64,000 nucleotides of DNA, from NCBI GenBank assembly GCA_965223665.1, contig OZ245011.1, positions 1,376,001 through 1,440,000 of the forward strand, in the 5' to 3' direction. The translations under genes were made by a program, and so were the position numbers. Under the pieces are notes generated by a model that was not told the DNA's origin, did no database searches, and was given only the letters and a program-made list of their open reading frames with translations. This document shows, piece after piece, positions 55,797 to 64,000 of the stretch. The number at the start of each line of letters is the position of its first letter. Position 1 is the stretch's first letter. Source of the stretch: Nitrospinaceae bacterium (GTDB lineage Bacteria; Nitrospinota; Nitrospinia; Nitrospinales; Nitrospinaceae).

Positions 55797-57338
55797 ATGA
55801 GTTCAAAAAAAAGATTTCTGATTGGACACCAAGGCAGTTCCGTGATGCCGGAAAGTTTAACCGAAAGTGTAGATAGTTTCGTCAATGAAAATAAAGATGT
55901 TAAATGCCTCCGCAAATTAAAATCCGGCCAGTGCATTATTGAAATGACTGAAGATCAAGCTGAGAAGCTAGCTCAACAACGCACAGATCTAATTATTGAG
56001 GAAGATCAAGAATTAGAAATGTTTTTCCCGATGCCAGGCCTTTCTCCTTTAGTGTCTGCAGACGAAGAGCTTTCTATTAAATTTAAAGTTGTAAACGAAA
56101 ATAAAAAACCCATCAGCGATGTCACCATTTTTTGTATGGGTAACCAAGTCACTTATAAAGGAAAGACAAATAAAAACGGTCTCGCCACTGTCAGGGTATT
56201 TGAATCGAATTTCAAACACATCATTGCTTCCCCCAGAGCGGATTATTGGTCGCAGGTACAATCTTCCGTAAAAGCTAAAAGCGACAAAGAAATTCAATTT
56301 CAGCTTAAAAAAATTCCAATCAGCGGTGATTATGACTGGGGTCATGTATTGTTGGGAGTAGATAAGGTGAAAGATTCCTTTACCGGAAAGGGTATTAAAG
56401 TAGCCGTTATTGACTCGGGCATTGTAGATCATGAAGATTTAAAAACTGCGGGTGGCTATAATACGTTAGACGGTCAGGACCCTAAAAAATGGGATCAGGA
56501 TGACAACGGCCATGGAACCCATTGCGCTGGAGTCATTGCTTCTCAACAAAATTCCTTGGGTGTGATAGGTGTGGCACCGGAAGCAGAAATATATTCATTG
56601 AAAGTATTTCCAGGGGGCCGATTCAGTGATCTTATGGAGGCCGTAGATTGGTGCATTGAAAATTATATCGATGTGATCAGCATGAGTTTAGGAAGCCGCG
56701 TTCCCTCGAATCTAATTGAGACGTCTCTAATAGAAGCTAATGCTCGAGGAATCACATGTATTGCCGCTGCAGGAAACAATTATGGCAAACCCGTATCCTT
56801 TCCTGCAAAATACGATCATGTCATTGCCGTAGCCGCTATGGGACAACTCGATACCTTTCCGGAAGACAGCGGTCACCAATTAAAAATCGGGAATCATTTT
56901 AGTCCTGATGGAAAATTATTTTCGGCAAACTTCACCAACGTAGGACATGAAATTGATGTATGTGCTCCCGGAGTAGCCATTCTCTCTTCTGTGCCGGGCG
57001 GGTATGCGTCTTGGGATGGAACCTCCATGGCCTGCCCCATTGTTTCAGGTTTGGTCGCCTTAATTCTAGAGGCGTATCCCGAAATCCGGACAGGAGATAG
57101 TCATCAACCTTATTTTGTCCGTGAAATTCTTAAAAGTACTGCAACGGATTTAGGGTTGCCTTTCAACAGGCAGGGAGCGGGTTTACCCAATGCGGAATTA
57201 GCCCTGGAAAATGCCATGCAACGGCTTAGTTATGAAGAAGAAATTGTAAAAGAAAATCGGGAGCGCTTGGAAGCCTTATTACAAATCGCGAATGAAAATG
57301 CCAAGAACATTAAAAGTGCCTTGGCTAAATTACCTTGA
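55797..57338 (+). CDS. S8 subtilisin-like serine protease without signal peptide (prodomain + beta-sandwich insert + catalytic domain)
   Basis: Catalytic triad VAVIDSG, GHGTHCAG, GTSMACP; oxyanion AAAGN; no hydrophobic N-terminus. Confidence 0.93.
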   Translation: MSSKKRFLIGHQGSSVMPESLTESVDSFVNENKDVKCLRKLKSGQCIIEMTEDQAEKLAQQRTDLIIEEDQELEMFFPMPGLSPLVSADEELSIKFKVVNENKKPISDVTIFCMGNQVTYKGKTNKNGLATVRVFESNFKHIIASPRADYWSQVQSSVKAKSDKEIQFQLKKIPISGDYDWGHVLLGVDKVKDSFTGKGIKVAVIDSGIVDHEDLKTAGGYNTLDGQDPKKWDQDDNGHGTHCAGVIASQQNSLGVIGVAPEAEIYSLKVFPGGRFSDLMEAVDWCIENYIDVISMSLGSRVPSNLIETSLIEANARGITCIAAAGNNYGKPVSFPAKYDHVIAVAAMGQLDTFPEDSGHQLKIGNHFSPDGKLFSANFTNVGHEIDVCAPGVAILSSVPGGYASWDGTSMACPIVSGLVALILEAYPEIRTGDSHQPYFVREILKSTATDLGLPFNRQGAGLPNAELALENAMQRLSYEEEIVKENRERLEALLQIANENAKNIKSALAKLP

Positions 57339-57437
57339 GCGTGTAAAACCAGAAGACTCTATGCAATACAAATTTTTTCTCGATACTTTTTCTTTATATC
57401 GTTTTCCAACATCCAGTAACTGTCCTGGCAACAATGA

Positions 57438-58451
57438 CTAACCGTCCTTCGTCAGCACAATACGGTATTTGGCGTTGCCCTGGCGGAGGTGTTCCATGGC
57501 GTCGTTGACTTTGCTCAGGGGAAACTGTTCCGTCACCGGTTGGATGTTGTGCCGCGCCGAAAACTCCAGCATCTTCCTTATGGTATCGGGACTGCCCACC
57601 GGTGAACCGCTCGCCGAGTATTGATTGAACAGCATCGGAAACACATCAATATCCAGCGGATCCATCAGCGCGCCCAACACATGAAACCGTCCACGCGGTT
57701 TCAGCGTACTCATGTAAGCGTTCCAGTCCAATTTCACGTTGACTGTCGACAGCAAAATATCAAAACTTCGTGCCGCCGCTTTGATGGCTTCGACATCCCG
57801 CGAGTTAATCGTATCGTGCGCGCCCAGTTCCAAAGCTTCTTTCGTTTTCGCTTCGCTGGAAGTGAACGCGGTGACGTGACAGCCCCAGGCGTTGGCGAAC
57901 TTGAGCGCCATGTGGCCCAATCCGCCAATTCCAATGATACCGACATGATCGGTTGGGCTCACATCAAATTGCACCAGAGGATTGAACACGGTGATGCCGC
58001 CACAGAGCAACGGACCCGCCGACGCCGCATGCAATCCATCCGGAAGTTTAATCGCACTGGGTGCCTGCACTCGCACCGTATCGGCAAAGCCGCCATGCCG
58101 ACCGACAATGACTCCGGTGGCGGTGGCGCACATGTTATGATCGCCATTCATGCATTGTTCACACACCATACAATAGGCCGAATGCCAGCCGACGCCCACA
58201 TGGTCTCCGACGGCCAAATGCGTCACGTGTTCTCCCACTGCGGAAACGGTTCCGATGATCTCGTGTCCCGGAACAAAAGGAAACGTGGTAATGCCCCAAT
58301 CGTTTTGCAGCATGCTGAGGTCGCTGTGGCAGATTCCGCAGCTTTCGACGGCCACATCGACGTCAAATGGACCGATCGGTCCCAATTCATAGCCAAACGG
58401 TTTTAATTCTTTTCCCGCGGCTTCGGCGGCATAGGCGCGAACGGTCGTCAT
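57438..58451 (-). CDS. ahr: Zn-dependent NAD(P)H alcohol dehydrogenase / aldehyde reductase (CAD family, Ahr/YjgB-like)
   Basis: CGICHSD, PGHEIIG, C..C..C.......[27 protein letters not shown]. Confidence 0.9.
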   Translation of the reverse strand: MTTVRAYAAEAAGKELKPFGYELGPIGPFDVDVAVESCGICHSDLSMLQNDWGITTFPFVPGHEIIGTVSAVGEHVTHLAVGDHVGVGWHSAYCMVCEQCMNGDHNMCATATGVIVGRHGGFADTVRVQAPSAIKLPDGLHAASAGPLLCGGITVFNPLVQFDVSPTDHVGIIGIGGLGHMALKFANAWGCHVTAFTSSEAKTKEALELGAHDTINSRDVEAIKAAARSFDILLSTVNVKLDWNAYMSTLKPRGRFHVLGALMDPLDIDVFPMLFNQYSASGSPVGSPDTIRKMLEFSARHNIQPVTEQFPLSKVNDAMEHLRQGNAKYRIVLTKDG

Positions 58452-58502
58452 GATACTTTTTCCTTCCTGCGTTTTCGTCGTTTCATTTATTGGGTTAACA
58501 CC

Positions 58503-59030
58503 CTATTCGTAAGTTCCCCGGATCGGATAGTTATTTTCCTGAATCCATTCCACGGTTTCAACCACTTCAACCAGATCGGCCCTATGGAACGGTGTGTTGG
58601 AGATATCAATCAACTGAACGTTTCCTTCTGCGTTCACAGCAAACATGCCCGGCTCCGAAAAGGGTCGATCAGTTTCATCCGGAGAACGCGGATTGGATAT
58701 ATAGAGCCCTAACTCTTTCATTTGTTCAATCGAAAGATCAAAGGCCACGGGAAACGTAAGTCCATGGGCCTCGACCATTTTTAAAGCTTTGGGTTCAGGA
58801 TCGCCGGACACAGCGACCACTTCCGCATTAAATTTTAAAAATTGATCTTTCAGGCTTTCCAGTTTCGTTAAGTATTGTTTACAAATCGGGCAATGGAAAC
58901 CGCGGTATACAAAAACCAGTTGCCAGTTCCCTTCCGTTTCGGGTTTTCCCAAAGTCACCGAACCGCCTTTCACGAGCGGCAGGGTAAACTCAGGAAGTCG
59001 CCCTCCCGATGAAAGTTTTTGCGTCGCCAT
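58503..59030 (-). CDS. AhpC/TSA peroxiredoxin-like protein
   Basis: [33 protein letters not shown]. Confidence 0.88.
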   Translation of the reverse strand: MATQKLSSGGRLPEFTLPLVKGGSVTLGKPETEGNWQLVFVYRGFHCPICKQYLTKLESLKDQFLKFNAEVVAVSGDPEPKALKMVEAHGLTFPVAFDLSIEQMKELGLYISNPRSPDETDRPFSEPGMFAVNAEGNVQLIDISNTPFHRADLVEVVETVEWIQENNYPIRGTYE

Positions 59031-59091
59031 ACGTTCTCTCCATTAAGGGATCTCTCATTTGTCTCTGAAAAACTCTCATTTCATAAACTAT

Positions 59092-59105
59092 CTACCGTTG
59101 GGTAG
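59092..59105. promoter_or_regulatory. TetR-type palindromic operator candidate upstream of the redoxin-adh operon
   Basis: CTACC-GTTG-GGTAG ~60 bp upstream of the redoxin start. Confidence 0.4.
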
Positions 59106-59209
59106 TGAATTATTCTCGATATTTTACCACACCTGATATTTATGGATTAGATCACCCGTATTGAAACCAAAGGCGGAGTGTTTTAATATATGCCAAACAA
59201 CAATTCCTT

Positions 59210-59941
59210 GTGATGATTCTAAAAAAAATTACAATTCAAATTCACGCCGCCATTTCCGTAGTGATCCTCTTATTCATGGTCTATGGTTGCGGTGAAGAAG
59301 CCAAGCACTCAACACCTATTAAAGTGGTCGCACGTCCTGGATCTGTCGCGGTTGTTCCCTTCAGGCAATCTGTCGAGGGTTCCCCAAAGCGCGCACTCAG
59401 CCTCGTTCCAGCGCACGCGTTGATTGACCCGAATTCGTTATATCAAGGCGCACGTGTTCTACAGTCTAATCTGAATTTACACAACAGTGGTGTGGTGCGC
59501 GGCCAACTTTTAATACTCGTGCCACCAACGGCGCAAGGCGATATCCCATTCTCTCTGTCGGCTTCCGGAGGTGGGCGGGGTCAGTCGGCGAGTGCGGTCT
59601 CCTTCAAAACCCAGCCGGTGAAAGTCACGCTAACTGTTAAAGGCGAACCGGTTTCCGAGAGTCCACCTTCTTTGGCAGGCGACTGGCAAAATAAAAATGA
59701 CACCTGGAATTTTTCTGCAGCTCCCGAACGAAAGTTAACCAAACGCTATGCCAGTGGAGAGGAAAAAGTCGAGGTGTATGACATCTATCCGGATAGCACC
59801 GGACGCTGGTTGTTGGTGTGCGTCAATCCAAAAGATGGAACTTACTGGGTAGAACTCGGCAAGGAGGGATCTCTCTCCGTGGCCCATCCCGGGAAAGCAT
59901 TTAAACCTTTCGCAACCATGACTCCCCTTCCTTCCAACTAG
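59210..59941 (+). CDS. Hypothetical lipoprotein
   Basis: Signal peptide with lipobox VYGC; beta-rich. Confidence 0.6.
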   Translation: MMILKKITIQIHAAISVVILLFMVYGCGEEAKHSTPIKVVARPGSVAVVPFRQSVEGSPKRALSLVPAHALIDPNSLYQGARVLQSNLNLHNSGVVRGQLLILVPPTAQGDIPFSLSASGGGRGQSASAVSFKTQPVKVTLTVKGEPVSESPPSLAGDWQNKNDTWNFSAAPERKLTKRYASGEEKVEVYDIYPDSTGRWLLVCVNPKDGTYWVELGKEGSLSVAHPGKAFKPFATMTPLPSN

Positions 59942-60013
59942 TATTATGGCTCTTAAATTTTTTCCTTAGAAACCCCTTAGCCAATACAATTGCTTAGGTT
60001 TACTCAATAGGCT

Positions 60014-60646
60014 TTATTCCTTTTTTGGAGCAAGCCTGTAAAGTTTTATTTTGTCTTCAGTTTTTGCAGATTGGGAATATTTTCTCAAGTAGTCATAGAC
60101 ATCTTTATTTTGACGACAACTTGACGAATAGGTCCACTCAATACAGTGACGACATGCTTTGTCATAATGCAAATAATTTGTAATTAACCTGTCAAGCGCC
60201 TCGGTATTACCAGTTGCTGAAAACCAGGCCCAGGTTGCGTCTACTTCGTAAGGTTCCACTATGGTTGGATTTATTGCATCTGAAAATTTTTCAAGGGCAG
60301 CTTTTTCAGTGAATGTCCCATCCTTACATTTGAAAAGGTAAGGTTTCATTTTTTCCAGAACAACCTTTTTTAGTTCCACTCCAATCGCTCCATAGAAACG
60401 TTCACAATCAAAATAGGATTCACGGCCAACAGGCACTAAGCTTAACAACACTTCACCAATGTAAAGTGATTTGGGTCTAGTCAAAAAGCCTAATTGCACC
60501 ATTTCAATGAGTAGATCTGTGATTTTTTCATCATCCACTTTATAAACAGCATGAGCCTGACTAAGAAGATTGTTTTTAGGGTTTGGATTGGGTTGGGACG
60601 CGCATCCGGAAATCAATATGACTAAAATTAAGAATATATGTATCAT
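60014..60646 (-). CDS. Hypothetical lipoprotein
   Basis: Lipobox ISGC; D..WAWF.ATGN motif. Confidence 0.6.
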   Translation of the reverse strand: MIHIFLILVILISGCASQPNPNPKNNLLSQAHAVYKVDDEKITDLLIEMVQLGFLTRPKSLYIGEVLLSLVPVGRESYFDCERFYGAIGVELKKVVLEKMKPYLFKCKDGTFTEKAALEKFSDAINPTIVEPYEVDATWAWFSATGNTEALDRLITNYLHYDKACRHCIEWTYSSSCRQNKDVYDYLRKYSQSAKTEDKIKLYRLAPKKE

Positions 60647-61152
60647 TTTAGAAAAATCACAGTCATTAAAAACAGGATTATTAAATTGAGAAGTCTCTAT
60701 ATTAACATTATTAGGATTATGAAACAGAAGGATCTAATCCGGTTATATTTTTTATCCCTGGCCCATCCAAAAATCCTTAAAATTAATCCACCTATTTTCC
60801 AAATTTCAGAATTTACCCAGAATACACAATTCGGTTTAAAAATTCTTGTTTGCCATACAACCAGTATTGTGTAAAATCAAAGTTTTTGAACACGATGACC
60901 TTGAGTCTACAATCTAAAGCGGACATTCTCATAAAGAGTAAAAGATGGCTGCCTCATTCAATTGCTAATTCCACCAGGGGGTAATGAAGACCTGTTTCCT
61001 TCCTGAAGCAAAATACCCAAGAGTCTGTCTTTAACCAAAAACTTAAAAACCGTATCGAAACGAGTGAATTGGTTTGAATCTCTGGAGAAGGGCGTCGTCG
61101 GCTCTATTCGCTTTGTGGCCTATGCCATGAGGCCTGGTATCCAAAAAATATT

Positions 61153-61956
61153 ATGGTTTCTTTTCTTCAACGGATCTTACTGATCGCCCTGGTTCTTGGG
61201 TACCCCCTCGCAGGAGGGGCAGAAACCCCGGCCTTCACTACCGACCGACCCTCGCAGTCGGATGCGAGTTCCCTGGTGCCGCCGGGCTACCTGCAGTTCG
61301 AATCGGGTTACACCTTCGCCTACGACGATACTTCCAATATCGAAATGACCCAACACAACCTTCCCAACCTTGTTCTCCGATACGGTCTGCTGGAACCGCT
61401 GGAACTGCGTTTGGGATGGAACGGTTATTTCTGGAACAGTCCCAACCCCGGCGCCACGCAAAAAGGATCTGGCGATGGTCAGATCAGTGCCAAGTGGCAA
61501 ATTTTTCAGGAAGCAGACGGACTTCCCGAAACCACTCTGCTGTCCGGCGTCAGTCTCCCTTGGGGACAGAGCGGTTTTTCTTCGAAACGTATTGATCCGT
61601 TCATCCGGGCGCTCTTGACCTGGACCTTGCCGCAGGGATTCAGTCTTGCTTCCAATTTGGGCGCTACCTGGACTACCCGCAGTGAGGGTGGGCACAAGGA
61701 CACCACGGCGGATTTCATCTACACGGTGCTTCTGGGCTACGCGTTGACACCGTACCTGAACGTATTCGGCGAGTTCTTTGGATCGGTGCCGTTGGAGGAG
61801 GGGGGCGACCGGCATGGCTTCGACGCCGGTTTCGCCTGGTGCGTGCTGCCCACTGTGCAGATCGATCTATCCGCAGGTGTGGGGTTGAACGAGGCCGCCA
61901 CCGACCTGTTTGTGATCGCGGGCCTGTCCTTCCGTCTTCCCCGGATAGTTCAATGA
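61153..61956 (+). CDS. Outer-membrane beta-barrel transporter (MetA-pathway of phenol degradation family)
   Basis: Signal peptide; TDRP......VP.G..Q.ESG, LRYG....ELR, G.GD.....K, Q.D...G.GL.......G.SFR. Confidence 0.85.
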   Translation: MVSFLQRILLIALVLGYPLAGGAETPAFTTDRPSQSDASSLVPPGYLQFESGYTFAYDDTSNIEMTQHNLPNLVLRYGLLEPLELRLGWNGYFWNSPNPGATQKGSGDGQISAKWQIFQEADGLPETTLLSGVSLPWGQSGFSSKRIDPFIRALLTWTLPQGFSLASNLGATWTTRSEGGHKDTTADFIYTVLLGYALTPYLNVFGEFFGSVPLEEGGDRHGFDAGFAWCVLPTVQIDLSAGVGLNEAATDLFVIAGLSFRLPRIVQ

Positions 61957-62353
61957 CTGGGTTGAATCAGTTGCCAAGAGAAACGCATTTCTGTTTCGAA
62001 TTTAGAGAATATTTTTATTTTTCGGATTGGTATTGGATTCAAATCAAAAATATAAGAGGAGATTCCCCCCAGCCCGCAGCGTGACGCTGCACCCAGAATA
62101 AATTTTCATCAGGTTTGTCCAAATATCATTTATCCACAAACTTTTAAGAATCCTTATTGCATCCAACCGCCAGGTTGGGGAAAGAGGGGATATATCGCTC
62201 TTTCTTCGAATATTTTTTTCTGAAGGAAAGCTCAACTTATGGAAAGGTTTTGAAGATTCTGCGTTTACCGCCGATCATCGAAAATTAATTCTGCCCCTCA
62301 CGGCAAGTGAGTTTCCTCCGGCTGGGAGCCGGGCCGCTAGGGCGAGTGGCCCG

Positions 62354-63466
62354 CTATTCCACAAAGGGGCCGCCCATGAGGAAGTTGCCGATAGCAAACT
62401 CCTGTTTGTGCGATTGCAGCGGATGAAACTCGCCGGCGAGTAAATCGCGATAGAGTCGTTCCAGCCCCACTTTCCTAAAATAGGAATAACCACCCAACGC
62501 TTCCATCGCGCACTGCGCACTTTGCCGTCCGTGCGAAGAGACGATCGACTTCCCTTGAATGGCTTTACTTGCGCTCGTGGTGTCAGGACTGATGTCAAAG
62601 TTATTCACGCGGCGGACCATATCCTCGATGGCCCATTTCGTAATCTGGTAATGGTTATTCATCTTGCCGATGCATGCGGTTGAGACAGGATCTTTTTTAG
62701 CGCGCTTGGAAAACAAGTCAACCGTTTTGTCATGAATGGCTTCCACCACTCCGGCGTAGGGCGACATAAAAATCGGAAACGCCAGGGTGCACACCACGTC
62801 CCACACCGGATGCCACTTACCGCGCTCGCGGATGAGGCCCACTTTTTCTTTTGGAATAAACACGTTTTTAAAATCGATGGAATGCGATCCGGTACCGCGC
62901 ATGCCCATGGCATCCCAGTCGTTTAAAATCTCCACCCCTTCCGCATTCAGTGGAGTGGAAAAATGGAGCACGTGTTCGCTTTCTCCATCGTCATATGCGC
63001 AGCTCATGACCGCGACATTGCCCAGAGGCGCGCCACTGCAAAACGCTTTGCGGCAAGTGATGCGATAGCCGCCGTCTACTTTTTCCGCCGACCCGTTAGA
63101 CGAAACCCAATCGCCGCCGCCGGTGCTCACTAAAATCAAATCGTTCGCCACAACCGCCTTTAAGGTGTTGGTGGAAGGGCCGTCGCCTTTCAGGTGCTTC
63201 AAGGTCAGAACCGCGACTAAATGCTGGTGCATGGACAAAGTTAAAGCAGTTGAGGGGCAAAACTTTGCGAGGTCTTTGAGAAATACGCAAAGGTCACTGT
63301 AGGAAACACCGCCTCCGCCCAGGTCGGCAGGAATAAGCGCTTTATAAACCCCCGCCTCTTGTAACTTTAGAAAATTTTCTTCTGCAAATTTGTTTTCCTG
63401 ATCCAGCTCGGGTGCGCGTTTCTCGAACTCCGGCCCCCACTGGTTCAGCACCGATTGTAAATCCAT
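62354..63466 (-). CDS. Acyl-CoA dehydrogenase family protein
   Basis: IP.DLGGGG, CPSTAL..SMH, GY.....K.FCSG, WDAMGMRGTGS....F..VFIP, ALGG.SY.....LERLYRD. Confidence 0.9.
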   Translation of the reverse strand: MDLQSVLNQWGPEFEKRAPELDQENKFAEENFLKLQEAGVYKALIPADLGGGGVSYSDLCVFLKDLAKFCPSTALTLSMHQHLVAVLTLKHLKGDGPSTNTLKAVVANDLILVSTGGGDWVSSNGSAEKVDGGYRITCRKAFCSGAPLGNVAVMSCAYDDGESEHVLHFSTPLNAEGVEILNDWDAMGMRGTGSHSIDFKNVFIPKEKVGLIRERGKWHPVWDVVCTLAFPIFMSPYAGVVEAIHDKTVDLFSKRAKKDPVSTACIGKMNNHYQITKWAIEDMVRRVNNFDISPDTTSASKAIQGKSIVSSHGRQSAQCAMEALGGYSYFRKVGLERLYRDLLAGEFHPLQSHKQEFAIGNFLMGGPFVE

Positions 63467-63800
63467 ACAACTCTCCCCTCATTTTAAAAGTCATACAGTT
63501 ATGGATAGCACTCCACAGGTTGGAATCTCACCTGCCTGAATTCTAGCACCAGAAGGGTGTTACCACAATGCCCCTAACGGTCTACACTCTCAACCTTTAG
63601 TTTCCAATAAGGGGACCCTTAGGATCACAATTGCCATTGGGTAAAGACCTTTTCCCAGTATCGAGATTTATATCGGTGATCCAGTAGAAACAGCAAGGCG
63701 TAGAAGAAATCGATTCCCAAGGACTTTTTACATAAGTTCACTCAACTTGTATAATATATGAACTAATTTTAAACTTTCTTCCAATTAATATGGAGATTTC

Positions 63801-64000
63801 ATGGCTTCTCATTCTTCAAAAAAAGTAATTTACGCTGCGCTGGCAGGCAACGGATTAATCTCCGTGACTAAATTCTGGGCCGCGGCTTACACCGGAAGTT
63901 CTACCATGTTCAGTGAGGCCATCCATTCCCTGGTCGATACCGGAAACCAGTGGCTGTTGTTATACGGTTTAAAGTCTTCAAAAAAACCGGCCGATGAATC
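63801..64000 (+). CDS. Cation diffusion facilitator (CDF) transporter, 3'-truncated by the window edge
   Basis: GGAG RBS; MASHSSKKVIYAALAGNGLISVTKFWAAAYTGSSTMFSEAIHSLVDTGNQWLLLYG includes the TM2 HSxxD metal site. Confidence 0.88.
   Translation, partial: MASHSSKKVIYAALAGNGLISVTKFWAAAYTGSSTMFSEAIHSLVDTGNQWLLLYGLKSSKKPADE

Larger units (their letters stand above)
51127..57443 (+). mobile_element. Putative acquired island carrying the RiPP-like cluster, bounded by duplicated ADH 3' ends
   Basis: Direct repeats at 50998-51126 and 57444-57572; enzyme genes look more AT-rich than the adh gene; no integrase inside. Confidence 0.6.
26743..62320. repeat. Dispersed intergenic REP-like hairpin family (types AATCACCCCAGCCCTCTTT-N-AAAGAGGG and AAATCCCCCT(A/G)GCCCCCTT-N-AAGGGGG)
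   Basis: Copies on either strand near 26753, 28648, 28715, 33703, 34036, 34645, 34719, 35022, 37520, 37676, 37799, 38764, 38903, 39076, 43102, 48693, 48752, 50185 and 62061; all intergenic. Confidence 0.85.

Noticed and set aside
57621-61815. Long antisense ORFs over adh (57621-58406) and the transporter (61177-61815), and similarly 35189-35803
   Set aside because: Shadows of GC-rich genes whose opposite strand carries clear family motifs or a lipoprotein signal.
1-64000. Assigning a host taxon
   Set aside because: No rRNA or universal marker gene in the window; Mla/Pqi and beta-barrel genes show only that the host is a diderm bacterium.

Overview
Bacterial accessory region with three parts. 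(1) 1-25.7 kb: a nearly complete, AT-rich, + strand extracellular contractile injection system (eCIS, Afp/PVC/AlgoCIS type). It encodes cap, putative cap adaptor, sheath, two tubes, plug, tube initiator, VgrG, PAAR, gp25, two baseplate wedges, fibre-like protein, tape measure, a 1.9k-aa DUF4157 cargo (CHAP-like, nuclease-like and HhH-like segments) and an AAA+ ATPase. (2) 25.9-51 kb: a 3' half of tRNA-Glu broken at the anticodon loop (att-like scar), a phage replication remnant, then small cargo genes (DUF4142/cupredoxin/SufR-like/DM13, NDT-like, VOC pseudogene, MlaEFD-PqiC, tandem TPR paralogues, GH-like, AurF-like, TetR) separated by a dense family of REP-like palindromic mosaics. (3) 51-64 kb: a compact RiPP-like cluster, the most novel element here. 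It has a 489-aa precursor-like protein (7 acidic 28-aa repeats followed by 68 [I/V/L]TRP-type tetrapeptides), a neighbour sharing the YYQGxADYEA motif, a B12-radical-SAM RiPP C-methyltransferase and a cytoplasmic S8 protease. The cluster sits between an intact alcohol dehydrogenase gene and a ~92%-identical copy of that gene's 3' end. Ordinary metabolic and transport genes follow. All calls come from motif recognition by eye; no database search was run.
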